Positions 1 to 13,085 of a DNA stretch of 64,000 nucleotides are shown in pieces. The notes under the pieces are model-generated. The model was not told where the DNA came from and ran no database searches. It saw nothing but the letters and a program-made list of their open reading frames with translations. Position 1 is the stretch's first letter, and every line of letters begins with the position of its first letter. A program made the position numbers and the translations under genes. Source of the DNA: Tubulanus polymorphus (lineage: Eukaryota > Animalia > Nemertea); the NCBI RefSeq assembly GCF_964204645.1, contig NC_134033.1, positions 14,144,655 through 14,208,654 of the forward strand. The letters run 5' to 3'.

Positions 1-19
1 TTGTCAGTTCAATTTCACT

Positions 20-75
20 CTGGATCTAGTTCCACAGTTGTGAGTTTGATTCCGGACCCAGGTCCACAATTGTAG
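20..75 (+). repeat. Degenerate tandem copies of the GGA(T/C)CCAGTTCCACAGTT motif
   Basis: Same motif family as the arrays at 8860-9225 (opposite strand) and 62720-62945. Confidence 0.55.
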
Positions 76-130
76 ATAGTTAAAAGGCTCCCGGCGCCAT
101 TTTGGTGGCTCCCGATGAAACCTTTCTCAC

Positions 131-157
131 CGCCGAGACAAACATCATCGACATCAT
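131..157 (-). CDS. Possible first coding exon (MMSMMFVSA) of a gene continuing beyond the left edge
   Basis: Minus strand: acceptor ttttacag near 205, GCCATG context at 157, donor GCG|gtgaga at 130. Too short to verify. Confidence 0.2.
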
Positions 158-822
158 GGCTCAGTGTAGGCGATTCGCTTTTTGTATCTCACATATCCCG
201 GCTGTCTGTAAAAAGGTAGCTCGGATGAAAATATGATGGATAAAATTAATAGAGAATTGATTTTCCCAGGACGTCTTCGACACCAAAGAAGTCCGTGACG
301 TTGACTCCTTTCATCATGGTAACAGAAACGTACATGCGCTCATAAGTAAGCGCGTTGTTTTTTTTAATGTATCGCTTTTTCCCCCGTCGTGTTTCGGATT
401 ATCAAGAGCCATTACACGAGTCAGTCAATTATTCACCGGTTTCGTCTGACACCGAAGTTACCGAAGATGTTAAACACAGCTTTCGATCAAAACTCTAAGA
501 CCAGATTATTAATAGTCGAATATCAAATCATTGATGCAATAAGTTCTCTCGTACGTGTCCCAGTCAGGCGCGCGCTGTGCTACTCGGGTATCAGTAAACT
601 ACGCAGTTCGATGAACTAAACGCGCGGCTATAATTGGTAATCATTAGTAAGTAAACAGATCCGATCGGTAACCAGTGACTACTTCCATGTTGTTTTTGTT
701 GCGCGCGTGAAGATTGTAATCGAACGCCAAAAAGTCGAATGGAAAATGTGCGAGCGCTAGATTGCGCGGTAGAATCGAAGGTATGACGTTACGGTTATGA
801 AGTGACGTCGGAACAAAAGTTT

Positions 823-890
823 GCCGCGCCGGGACTCGAACCCGGGTCTCGCACGCCCGAGGCAGATGCGCATTCCACTTGACCGATTGA
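823..890 (-). pseudogene. tRNA-derived relic or SINE head
   Basis: Reverse complement has an A-box-like TCGGTCAAGTGG and a perfect T-arm CCGGG-TTCGAGT-CCCGG. The acceptor and anticodon stems do not pair. Confidence 0.55.
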
Positions 891-1771
891 TTTAGTTCAT
901 TCGCTCAGTTGTCATTCCTATTGTCGTATTGTCGCACAGGGGAAAGGGTCAACGAGGAAATTCGCTCATACCAGCTAAATTAGAAATACCTTTCCGCGAT
1001 TGTTCGGATTGTTCGTTGTCAATTCGTCCATCATCAAAAAGCGACGGTTCCTACTACCCGCGCCCGTTTAATATATACACTACACAGAGACGAAAGTCAA
1101 ACACGATTGGAATTTGCGTCTTGTTTTCGAGTGATAATGCTCGTGAGGTCGAGGCATTCAGTGCAGAATTAGAGCCTCACGGGCATGACAGGCTAGTTCG
1201 ATTAAATCTAACAACTCATATTCGACCAGACGCCCGTGCTCGATTTGGTTCTATAAACAATCTCATAACCATTACCAGTCCTACTGAATTAATATTCATA
1301 AATACAAACATATAAATACGGAGGGCATCCGCGGAGGAAAAATTCTCTTATTTGATTCTCTATACTTGGCAAATCGAAACAAGTCAAGCACTGCCAAACA
1401 TAACCGCAAATATCAATGAATAAATATTACATAAACCTATCACTGTTAAATGATATACGATACTCGTAGAGCCTAACGCATCAGTGGCCCGATTCACGAT
1501 AAATCTCATCGGGCCTTCTCCGTACTTAACAATCGAGACGGGGCTCTAGTTCCACGTGAACCCCTACTAATGTCTAATTCAACTTGACTTTAAAGAGCAC
1601 GTCAGGTGGCCTAGGTCAGTCAGTTTTGATATGGAACATACCTGATAACAGTCCATAAAGGTTGTAAGTCCAGAAAGGACCGGCAGTTGACCTAAAACAT
1701 CGATTCTTATTTTTGATTTTTTTCCATTTTTAACAATCTTGAAGGATATGCAAAAAGTCTTCATTGAAAGA

Positions 1772-1850
1772 TGCTCGGCAGGGATTCGAACCTGATAGTA
1801 TCGAGACTCTGCCATGGCACGAACCCCTGCCCGATTAGACCCAGCACGCG
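1772..1850 (-). pseudogene. Second tRNA-like relic
   Basis: B-box GGTTCGAATCC with a short stem (CAGG..CCTG); no full cloverleaf. Confidence 0.3.
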
Positions 1851-4800
1851 GGTATACAAGCGCCGCTTTGTGGTACGAAAATGCGGTGCCAATCGGTTTG
1901 CATGTTGTATATAGTCGCTGATTCACCGATGTATATAGTCGCTGATTCACCGATAGCTATAAATAAAATGACAACCCGGGCCGCGACAAAACGGATGAAT
2001 TCTGATCCTTGTCGAGAGAAGATGTTCTTTCAAACAGAATTCCGCGCGGTGATCTTCTCTTAAGCTTAAACCACAGAACCGTCTCAAGCCCTACTTGCAT
2101 TTTTAAACTGATGGCACTTTATTCGACTCCCTTATTCTCATAGTTTGAGGGGGTCAGAAATAATACAAGCGGAACTAAACGCCATAATTTGCACCGTATC
2201 TGCCGAGTGCCCAAGGCAAACGAGCATTAATTTTCTGAATCCTTGAAATTTCTTGAATGTCCATAAATAGTCTTAATATCCGAAATTCGAAGCTTCAGAG
2301 GGGCGTTTTCTGTACCTTTGGTGGCAAAATATTTGATAGATTTCCGGAATGTGAAAATGTAGAACTAAAATGCGGAACTTGGATTCATACATGGGAAGGG
2401 GGTTCGGCCAGGGGGTATGTGGCCCACACCCCGAACCACGAGAAAGTAGTTTATTTCTGAGCGCGGTTTTGTGCCGGTTACGTCTGCCCGACGGTGACGT
2501 ATAGTGGAATCGAATCACGATCGAAACGCTAAGTGAAAACAACTTCATTTTCGATGAATAAAAAATGACGCTTTTTAGTTCGAGTTTTACGTGATGACTT
2601 AAGGAACAAATACGAATTCACCTCTCACAAATCGTCTCCCTTGTCTCTCGCGTCTCTACATGTATAGCAACCTACACTGTTTTCACTCCATTAAACCTTG
2701 TTGAAAAATTCATTCATATTTACGTCGACAGAATTGGTATTAGTGTACGTCGCAAATTGATACGATAACTACTGGAGTCCTTTTTGGAGTCATGTTCGAC
2801 TCAAACGTCCTATCATACAAAATCAGGTTATTCCCAGGAATATTTCCAAACCTTTAGGTCAAACAATTAACCTACAATCGCTTATACCAGCGGCGTAAAC
2901 AATTAGAAAAAAAAAAAATATTTGCCTTGGGTTGATTCGTGTAGTCTATAAATCCGGCCCCGGATCAGAGACAATCTCAGACGTCCCTGTCGACTTGCTT
3001 TCGCGTATATTGTGATTTTTCGTTTTATTCGGGTTTTGTTGAATTGAGCAAATTGAAATCAGTCGTCAAATTCTACAAAAATACGTACAAAACTAGAGAA
3101 ACAGTTTCGATAATCGCGAAACATATTTTCGAAATTATAATCATATCAATGGACAGAAAGCGCACGTGGGCGTCAATAACGAAATGGCACCGCAGGTTTA
3201 AAGAAGTAGAAAATGAACTAATTTTTTCTTTCTTTTTATTTCATTTTGCACACAAAACCCATTACAAATATTAGTGGGACAACACAAAATTTACAGATTC
3301 AATAACAAAATAAACTTGTTTCAATTAACAAACAGAAATAACATAGTTACTAATCCGTACTATCTACGCATAGAGATATCCGTTCAAATATAACACTATA
3401 GAAAATTCTAATGAGAGCAATCATTCATTAGACAAATACAATTTTTTAATTAGTTTCTTGCAAAAAAACTGCAAATCTTTAGGTGAATTTTTAAGACCGA
3501 CTTACAGTGGCGCCATCTGACGTAATATGTTAGATTAATGGCCTGGGATTAGCTTGTTGAAACTGATACGCGGGGTTATCGCGAGACGATATCGACATTA
3601 TCGCTTCTGCATCGGTTAGAAAACGCAACCGTTCGGCGAAAAGAGAAAATCCTTCGCATTTAACGCCGAATTGGATCGAGTTTTATCATGGAAAGCGACT
3701 CTCCTCGACTCGGCGACACCCGGGACTGACACGACAGTCGAAAAATACAAAAACGATACCGAATAGGGCGAAACGACGATAATATTACGCCCTCTCCCTC
3801 CGTCGAGTCGCATGTCGTTGAGTTACCCCGACCTGAATACGATGATGTTATGATCCATCGATGAAGCTCTGATCTGATTTATTTGAACGACAAGGAACGT
3901 TATATCATTGGAGGTGATGGTGTATCAATTATTCAGATCTTGATTTCTTTAAAAAAAGCTAAGAATTTCAATATTGGTAGAAACACGAGCTAAAATATAC
4001 GCGGTGTTTGTGTGTGATGCATTCCGAGCCCAGTACGGCGGTGCTTCGGGGATACCAATAAACAAGTTTCCAGTTTCTAGGCGCCATTTTGTGGCGGTCC
4101 CTCGAGGTCCCCATTGTTGCGATGATTTTCGCTCATTTTTAAAACATAAGTTTAGATTGAATAAAAGAATGGCGCCTAGAAACTGGAAACTTCTTTATTC
4201 CAAAAGACAATCGGAGGATTTACAAATTTCGAGGGTCTGCCTCGTGAATAACTTATATTGTTTTTGGCGTAACGTGGAAAAAGCAAACGAATGTAAAAAT
4301 GGTGTAATAAGATCATATAGTAATACAGTACGGGGTGTCACCTAGCTGAACCCACGAGAACACGGTATGAAATCTACACGTTTCAATATCCAGTATACTG
4401 AGAATGTTTGTTTACTTATATTCAGTCAAGTAGCATATTTTCCTGATGAAACCGGTTATGAATAGTTACGGGTTGATTGAAATTTGTGTCGTGCTCTCAG
4501 CTGCAATCCGGGAGTAGAGGAAGAAATCTATACGTTAAGAGAATATCCCGAGAGCGACGAACGGTAAACGCGATGAGGCCGACCTAAAGCCGATCGAATT
4601 GCTTAGCTCAAATAAACTCAGTCCTGAGTTGAATTAGACTCTGAGTTGAAACATCGGAACCCTGATTGTAACTCAGATATATATCTAAATCACGGCTGAA
4701 GAACTGTTCCCAGTTTTCCGATGAGTTTAGATTTGACTTAAAGTAAACTCATTGAAAATGAATTAATCTAACTCTGAATCAAATCTAATTCAAATTGAGG

Positions 4801-6004
4801 CCTTTTTAATTATTTTGAGTACGGATCCGCCTCCCAGAATTCTTCAAAAATTATCAAATAAAAAAAGATTTTTTTAGTCCTCCTTCGTGTTTTCATCACA
4901 ATTTTTCAATAGAAAATTTTTTCTTATATGTCCGTCCTGATTTTCAATCAATTATCTTGTAAAAGTTATGTTCATCTTAATTTTCAATCTTATGATTCGC
5001 AAATAAACCTAGTTAATTTCTCATTTCTCCCATCATTTGAATAAAATTGTCACAATTTTCACTCCTTTTATGTCATTTTTTTCTGCACTCCTTCCGAGGT
5101 TTTTATGTGAAAAATACTCAAATGAAAGAAAAATTATTTCAATTTTTTTCCTGTTCTCTTCCATTTTCAAACGCCTTTTATAAAAAAAAGAATTTTCCCT
5201 TCGCCCTCCCTTCTTTCTTCTTGATGAAATCCCTACTCTAATCAATTTCAAAATGAGGTCTGAATAACTGGATCCTAAAACCAACCCCTGGCAAATAATC
5301 TTACATAATCGGCCCTTCCCCGAACAATGCACCGAATATCAGCCGTTTTTTTTAAATATTTATTTCGCGTGGGATTAGGAATTTCTTTCTCGGAAACGTA
5401 ACTCGAAGCGACGGACGTGAGAACGGTAACGTACGCCGCCGATAGAACTTGCGGTCGCTCAACCAGTTGTAATAACACCGAGAATCTACTCGATGAACCC
5501 CGGACCGGCGTATCATATCGCATCGTCTGCGCACGCGCGCGCCTGCGCGAGAATCGTTTTTAACGTAACCGATTAATCAGCGAATCCGAGAAATTCATTC
5601 GTTATTTCTAGGTATATTCGATATATATATAGGGATAGATTCGCGACGTCTAGTCGACCGACCGAATTATCATCAGCTGTTTGGCTAATCGAAAATCTAA
5701 TGATCTAATCAGCAAAGGCCGATCTTTAGCGCAAGGTTGAGCGAGTACTTCCCGGGAAAACCAAATTCAAATTAAAACTTTATTCGGTATATATTTTACA
5801 AGTTACAAACTCGGAATTAACCTCCAAAAATCGCATTTAACCGAGAAAACTAAGTTTATTCCTAGTTACAAACTCGGAATTAACCTCGAAAATTTTTCTT
5901 TAATAGATATGTCACCAGGACGCTTCCGTACTTATTCACTCACGTGTTTACTCAATGAACCTGTTCTCCTCTGTATATATACCTCTGCTTTTAGTCAATA
6001 TCTC

Positions 6005-6045
6005 ACACCTGACGATGATCTCAGGTTGAGATCGAAACGTCGTGT
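6005..6045 (+). ncRNA. Minimal type I hammerhead ribozyme motif (type associated with Penelope-like elements)
   Basis: ACAC-CUGACGA-U-GAUCUCA-GGU-UGAGAUC-GAAAC-GUC-GUGU: intact core boxes, 7-bp stem II, 4-bp stem I, palindromic ACGU in place of stem III. Confidence 0.7.
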
Positions 6046-6999
6046 ATTTCATTCATTTTAGATTTTTTGAATAAATAGATTCTCGATTTTAGATTACTTT
6101 AATTTGTACATAGTGCGTTTTTATCTTATTGGCCATTTGTTGATATATGTTCTGTTACGTATAGCGAGTCTCGAACATTGACAGGCAAACAAACTTTGAT
6201 GATGTCAAGTGCAATTCGTCTTAACAAAGAGGCCGTGGAGGTGAAACCATAGTTTTATTTACCCGTCAGTGTAGGAGACACTTTACGAAACACAAGTAAT
6301 CATTATATGGTCATTTACAATTTCTGATTCGTGAGAAATGTTAGAAACATCCAACCAATTTCAACCTGATGAGCCGAATTCTTCGAACAAACCTGGTCTC
6401 CCACCAAAGACCTTACCGTCATCGGCGGCCATCAAGTTTAGGCAATCGAGGCTGGTTGCATCTCTGATTTTTACTATTTCTAATTCATCTAACAGCGCGA
6501 GTAAAGGTGAAGGAGAAGCCGTCGTAGTAAAATCGCTATCAGCGGCGTTTCACACCGCTACCGTCGAAAAGGATTTTATCGTCAAAATCGAGGCGCGGTT
6601 CTCGTCAGATCGAGACGCCGAATTTCGTTTGAGGAATAATTCATTACGACTAATTGATTCGTATCGCGCTCGCGTCGACTTCTAGTAGACATCCACTTCT
6701 TTTTTATCTCGTAACTCCCGTTTCATTCATTCATCTATTCACCCATCTGCCGAAAAGCGTTCTCTTTAAGCGTGGCAAAATACGCAGAATTCAATCGACC
6801 GTTAGTTTCAGATCATCAAAAAATGTATTCGTTTTATGTTGCTTTTGAAGCTTATCGCGACTTCGACTGAAAGGAGAGATCGAAAAAAAAGTAAAGAGGA
6901 GGGTTGTCGAATTTTTTTATGTTTTTCTGTGGGGTCAGCGTTGTTTAGAAATTAGTTAACCAGTGAACACGGTGACTTTAAAAGTTCATTGTCCTGCAG

Positions 7000-7100
7000 G
7001 GCCCAGTTTCACAAAAAGGATTAAGGCCTAAATCGATAAACTGAAATAACGAAGAAATTAAATCGATTTAAGAGTTAAACCTTTTTTCTGAAACTGGGCC
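7000..7100. mobile_element. MITE, PIF/Harbinger-like
   Basis: TIRs GGCCCAGTTTCA...TGAAACTGGGCC flanked by a CAG direct repeat on both sides. Confidence 0.7.
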
Positions 7101-7424
7101 CAGCTGATAATATTTGTAATTTCATCGTATTACACCTGTGACAAAACCAAATCTCGCTTATTTCTGTAGTAAAGATGCCTCGAGTCAGAGCAGATTATCT
7201 TTTTACATCGCGAGTAAGCAATCCTAGAAAGTCCTAGCAGTGCTAGAAAATTATCGGTGCGTTATCAAAGATTACTGGTAGAAGTGCGTGTGCCAAACCG
7301 CGTACCTCATTTCACTGATAAATGATAGAAAAAGGCTGGAATCCGGGATTTAGTAGAGAAAACCGGACTTTTTGTGATAGCTGTTACAGCGTTGGAGATG
7401 AGTTGTATATAATCAGACGTTCTG

Positions 7425-7537
7425 GGCCCAGTTCCACCGGTTGAGAGTTATTAGTATTTGACTCTAGGGTTGAGACACTGGAAATGAACTAATTTTAACT
7501 TTAAATTAGATCGTACTCAGGACTGTGGAACCGGGTC
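7425..7537. mobile_element. MITE, PIF/Harbinger-like
   Basis: TIRs GGCCCAGTTCCAC...GTGGAACCGGGTC flanked by CTG on both sides. Confidence 0.6.
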
Positions 7538-8859
7538 CTGAGTACGTTATTTTATACGTAAATCGATAGGTGGAAGAGGGAATGGAGAATTCTCGACGAT
7601 GTTACTGGCAAGTTAGAATTCATAAATTTGAGGAAACTTGAGGAAATATTTCATATCGCATTTTTCGCTTTACATGTGACATTGTGAATTGTATATTTTT
7701 ATACTTAATCGTTGCTTGCAACCGTTTTTTTTTAGCTTTTTGTAATATTGTTTTACGTTTTTTCGTTTCTCATTTTTTTCCATCGACAATCGTGTTACCT
7801 GTTAATAAAAAGATGTTCGACTCGACACTTAGGCATCTCTCTAACGGTAAAAATAACCAGCTTTTGAGCAAGTGGGTTCTGTTCGGCAACCAATTTGAGT
7901 GAACTAAACGATAGTCCCGTTTTTTATGACGAAACGTCTTGTGTCATGACAGAATGATTACCTTATACAATAGACCTTCAAAACAAATTAACACTGTCAT
8001 GTGCGTTTTGAATTGCTAGTTCCTATGATGCAAGTCGAGGAGAAACAGGTTTTTAAGGCGTTGGCTAAAGTTTCATGCGGCGTTAGATTCAGTTTTCCGT
8101 CGTTCGGTATCCGGTTATACTTTCCTTGAATCATCGCGCAGTGGAACACTCCGCAAAGCGTTCGAATCTCGGATATCCCGGCTTCTCTGCTTCTCGAGTC
8201 CCAGACTCCTTATTATTTATTATTCTTTTTTTTAAATTTTTTTTTCCATTTTGAATTATAATAATCGTACAAAGTAATTTGTAATTTTTATTATTTTCTT
8301 GTCGACACTGCTTGCCATGGTAAAGATATCCTCTATGCGATGCAGTGACGTCGGGTCTATTAAGACTTTCGAAAATGTATTCAATTATTTCAGTTTTAGA
8401 AACAGCCAATCCCGTTTTAGAATACATTAAAATGCAGTGGATGCTCTCTGATTTTTTAAAGATTATATGGGGTAGGGCCCAAAACAACTCCCTTTGCAAG
8501 GGACTTTGTGCCTACGGCGCTCGCCATTGCGGAAACCCAACTTATGCCTTAACTTTTTCCTGATGTCGAACAATAGAAAAAATGAACGGTACGTGTCACT
8601 GTAAATCAAAAAGGAACCTTATCGGGTGGAGCGTTTACGCCCCATGCAGGGGTTTACGAGGAATACTTCCCACGAAAAGCGAATATACTTCATATCGTCG
8701 AATTCGACAGGAAATGAAATATGAGGTATCCATACTTCAAACGCGCTCAAGTCCTGTTAAAAAGCCTCCGTCGTTAATTTGTTTGTTTTACGAGGAAAAT
8801 GTCTCGATGCGGCCCTCCTGTAGCTGTCGGAAGAAGGTCGAGAGTATTCCGCGAAATAT

Positions 8860-9225
8860 GCACAGCTGTGGAACTGGGTCCAGAGCCAAATTAAAATAAC
8901 ACAGCAACTGTGGAACTGGGCCCGGAGCCAAATAAAACCCACACAGCTGTGGAACTGGGCCCGGAGCCAAATAAAACCCACACAGCTGTGGAACTGGGTC
9001 CAGAGCAAAATAAAAATAACGCAAATGTGCAACTGGGTCTAGAGTAAAATCTAAAAATACAACTGTGCAACTGGATCCAGAGTCAAATAGAAATAACACA
9101 AATGTGGAATTGTGAAAGTGGGTGGTTAAATTTAAACGATGAAAACTTTTTTTAGAGATCAAGCCCGGATTATATCTGCACAAATGTGAAACTGGGTTCA
9201 GAGTGAAATCTGGCCTGTGGTACTG
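8860..9225 (+). repeat. Minisatellite of ~39-42-bp units (CACAGCTGTGGAACTGGGCCCGGAGCCAAATAAAA), decaying rightwards
   Basis: Visible tandem copies; the core is the reverse complement of the MITE TIR GGCCCAGTTCCAC. Confidence 0.8.
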
Positions 9226-11666
9226 AAGTCACTCAAAATTTCGAAAAAAATAAACGGCTTTACCGCGGAAACTGTTTTTTTTTCGAAATGACCATTCATT
9301 CAATCTGACACTTGTTTGACAACTTTCGTTTGAGAGTGATAGACCGCCAAAAGGGCGAACTCTGCTAAAGTCTTCTTGATTTTATCACGCGTATTTCATA
9401 CTCATGAAACGGCTGTTTTTGCTGCGCTCGTGCGAAATCACGAATATGACGATGAAAATCGACTGCGATCGTTAAAACTAAGGGGGAAAGTAGCAGACAA
9501 TCATTTGAACAGACACACACGCGCTACCGAGCAGGCGCACCTTTAAAATTTCCCTCGACCTCGCCGGGGTTACGATACAATCAGATATCGTAATATTATT
9601 ATTTAGATAGCGTAGATTATTTTTATTATGTATAAATATATCGCTGATAAAATTCGTGCGCCGTTATTAGTGAGTACCGGTTGTGAGTGACGCGCAACCT
9701 CCCCACCTGTTATTAGAATTTTATACGGCTCGGATTGATAGCGGCAAGCGAGTACCGGGGCTATATAAGTATCCAATATGTTTATCACACGTACGTACGT
9801 AGCATTGTATCAGTGTATCATCGATAGCGGGATCCATTCCGATTTAGGCCCAATATATAGAGAACTATCTTCTCATCGTTTTCCGTTCGGCGTATGATTA
9901 CACGATTCGTAGTGATACGGCGCCGACTAAACTTCGGCTAATACGAGCGCGCATCAATTCGTATAATCGGATAGATTAGAAACTGACACAAAGCAAGTGG
10001 AAATATCCAACGGACCGGAGAAATATATCGGACACATTTTAACGGTGAGATCGCTTACGATATTTTTTTTCTAAATAGTTTATTCATATTATGCTTTCAT
10101 ATTTTAGTTTTCTGTTTTTTTTCTTTCAAGTTAAGTCATATTTTGTCACGTTTTGGAGCCTGTTCGCTCGCAAAGACGATTCAAGCCATTTAAACCGATC
10201 TAGGAAGTTTCGCCTTCTGCCAAATTGATACCTGATTCTGATCGTCAGATTCTGATGTCAAATTGATAAATGATTCCTGTCATTTTGTTACCTGACCTTT
10301 TCGGCGTTCTAAACCTCCGAACTATGAAGCCGCGCCTGAGACACCTCGATATCGGTTGACTCAGGCATTTCGCACGATTTACTATTGGACCCATGTTTAG
10401 AAAAAAAACTATCTTTACTGATCTACAGATATTGAAACTTTAAGCTTAGTGGTTTTAAATTGACTCTAAATCGAAGTTCGACTTAAAATAGAAGGAAAGG
10501 CATATAGGGTTCTCGGCGAAACCACGGACTCAAAGGCGAATGAAAGCCCTGGTCTGGTAATTGGAGCGCAAAACAGTATTCTACGAGGCGTTTGAACGGA
10601 AGAGGATTTTTGGGTTCTCGAGGAGGAGCAGTGCGTAAAAGCCACATCATAACGTAGTTTCCTAATAAACGTCATTGACATTGGTTCGAGACATAGGGGG
10701 GCCGATCATCAGTGGTTGGTACTATCTTGTAAACGTTTGTAATTCGAAACCGTCATTTCGGTATTTCTATTATTTTTCAGCGCTCAGCGAAAAGTCATTA
10801 AATTCAGCGTTTCGAATTATTTCGCTAATTACGAAAACGCGGTGGTGCTAATTACCGCCATCATAATAGCAATCACCCCCCGTGCGCGTGCATTTCCCTT
10901 TTCATTGCGTACGGGGCTTTATGAGGGTTTATAGCGAATCTGTAGTCTGTTAACAATTTTTAAAAAAAGTCATTCGCGGTTGATTGTGATATCGTTCAAA
11001 TAGAAATATTCGGTAAAATCGAATTATTTCACGATAAACCGTTTGAAATTTAACGGTTATTCGTCGCCGGCTGTCGACGAGAAGGTGAACGAGATGAATA
11101 TGCAGTTTTTCGATGTAGCTTTTAACGAGTATCGCGGGATGAAATTCGGCATCAGACCCCGTCAGTTATCGCCTTACATAATAACTGCCGTCTCAATTAT
11201 CCCCGTGACGTGCATCGCCTGACCATGTTTAAATATTTCATCCAACTACGATACTTAAGATAGGCTTATAAAAGTATATCTGAAGCTTGTCAAAGTGCAT
11301 CAGATGGCGCTAATAGTGACCTCAAGTGCTAAACTGTTTTTTCGCAAGTTACGTAATGCACGTTATATCGCAAAATTATGGTTTGGTGTCATCGAAATTT
11401 AACGGAATATCATCTATTTCCTAGTTTGTTACCATTGCCAATATACGAGAGCTCTTGTAATTCTGGTCTGGGTGCCAGGGGGGATGCAAAAAACCCTTTT
11501 CTTATTTCATAAAAAAACACACAAATATATTTTACTTCATAAATAACGCAATTTATCCACTATGACAGTTATTTAGATTTGAAATATAGTTATCTTGAGT
11601 GAGATAATTTGTGTTCGAATTGTTCTTTCGCGAATGAACTAATTTATTGCGAATTCGTCGTTTCAG

Positions 11667-13085
11667 ATGAAAAGTCTGCGGTTTGTTTTGTTTTTCGTAG
11701 CGACCGCCCTGATCGTGTCCACGTGTCTGGCTTTCCCGTATCACAGGCGGTATACCAGTTTCCGAATGCGTCGCAATAGTAAGTGTATCCTGTCCATTCC
11801 TCAGCTCTTTTTTGCTTTTAAGATCATATCATTCAATAAATTCAAACAATACTTGTCACCAGAAAGAAGAAAATCAAGTAGGGAGCAATTCCCCTTTCGA
11901 AAAAAAACTCACTGAATTCATGTGAAAAGACTGTATGAATTCGAAAAGCTCGTACGATTTAAGCGTGTTTGTAAATCGTGCTTTAATTTAGCAAATCGAT
12001 CGATCGAAGCCGCAAAAATCACTTGAATTGACAGGAACGATTGCAAGACAGTGGCATAAATAGAAAACAGGTTTTTTTGAAAACGGCTCATAGCGTTTGA
12101 ATTGAAACTTCATAATCCGCTTACAGTTTCTCTTTGATTGTGGCTTTATTTCTCAAATTAAAAAAAGAATATTTCATTCGTTTTGCGTTAGATCGCTGAA
12201 ACGTAATAGAGACAGTCGGTACTTTCAGGTTAACTAGTTAGTTTCATTTAGAGTAGTACAAGCTTTCGCTACTTATAGCTTCATCAGGTTTGATGCATGA
12301 GTGATTGGGATATGAATTAGTGTCACAATGAATCATAAAGCTACGATTAGTAGCGAAAGCTCTCATCTCAAATAAACTAGTTAACCTATGAAGTACCTAT
12401 CAGACGAGAAGATACACAATATCCGTGTATGATGATGACGAGAGAATTCCCACAAAAACGAAACCAGATTACTTTAATCTCGCACTACATCCCCTTAGTT
12501 TGTCGTTTGTCTTCTTTGTTTCTTTCCTTAGTGTTACGGTTTTTGTTATTTAATTACTTTAATCTTAATCCTTTAATCTTTAACATTTGTCATATTCTTG
12601 TATAAATATCCTGTTATTTGATTTTTGTTCTCAGTACGACCGATGATGGCTAACAGTTGTTAGCCGAAACGTGGCTCCTCAAATACAATCATTCTGATAT
12701 AGAATTTTTCAATCTTGGCTTCGTTATGTGTCAATTCTCTCGTTATGAAGTATCTGCCTCTACGTTTTACTGAATTCAACACCAGATTAACTCATTTCTT
12801 CTACAACGAATCTTTGCGATAAAAAATCGTTAGAACTAGAAACAACGACTGTAAGACATACGAATTAACACCGTATCTATATATCGTCGTTTTTCAGATC
12901 GAAGCTCGATGGATTTCTGGTACAACTGGAACGACTACCTGCGGGGACTGGGCTCGTTGGACGGCGACCCGACCAGCGCTCTGGAACGACCCGAACTCGA
13001 CCACTTTTTAGAAGAGAACAATCTTACGAAAGGAGAACTATTAGAACTTTTAGATTCGATCTCGTTCGGGGATTTAGGGATTTGA
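11667..13085 (+). CDS. Secreted peptide precursor, 99 aa, join(11667..11778,12898..13085)
   Basis: Signal peptide MKSLRFVLFFVATALIVSTCLA. Acceptor tttcag directly before the ATG; donor A|gtaagt; acceptor ttttcag with matching phase 1. Spliced ORF is 300 nt with RR dibasic sites; AATAAA at 13128. Confidence 0.75.
12218..12397. mobile_element. Palindromic MITE-like element in an intron
   Basis: GGTACTT..AGGTTAACTAGTT..AGCTTTCGCTACT is mirrored by AGTAGCGAAAGCT..AACTAGTTAACCT..AAGTACC. Confidence 0.65.
12637..12676 (+). ncRNA. Degenerate minimal hammerhead motif
   Basis: CCGAUGA-U-GGCUAACA-GU-UGUUAGCC-GAAAC-GUG. The core has a U-to-C change and the cleavage triplet is GUG, so it is probably inactive. 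Confidence 0.45.

Noticed and set aside
823-890. Functional tRNA gene
   Set aside because: Acceptor and anticodon stems do not pair.
3600-3840. GC-richer exon-like segment
   Set aside because: No consistent splice/ORF model on either strand.
6338-6685. 115-aa ORF or an antisense coding exon
   Set aside because: No recognisable motif, and the best minus frame contains stops.
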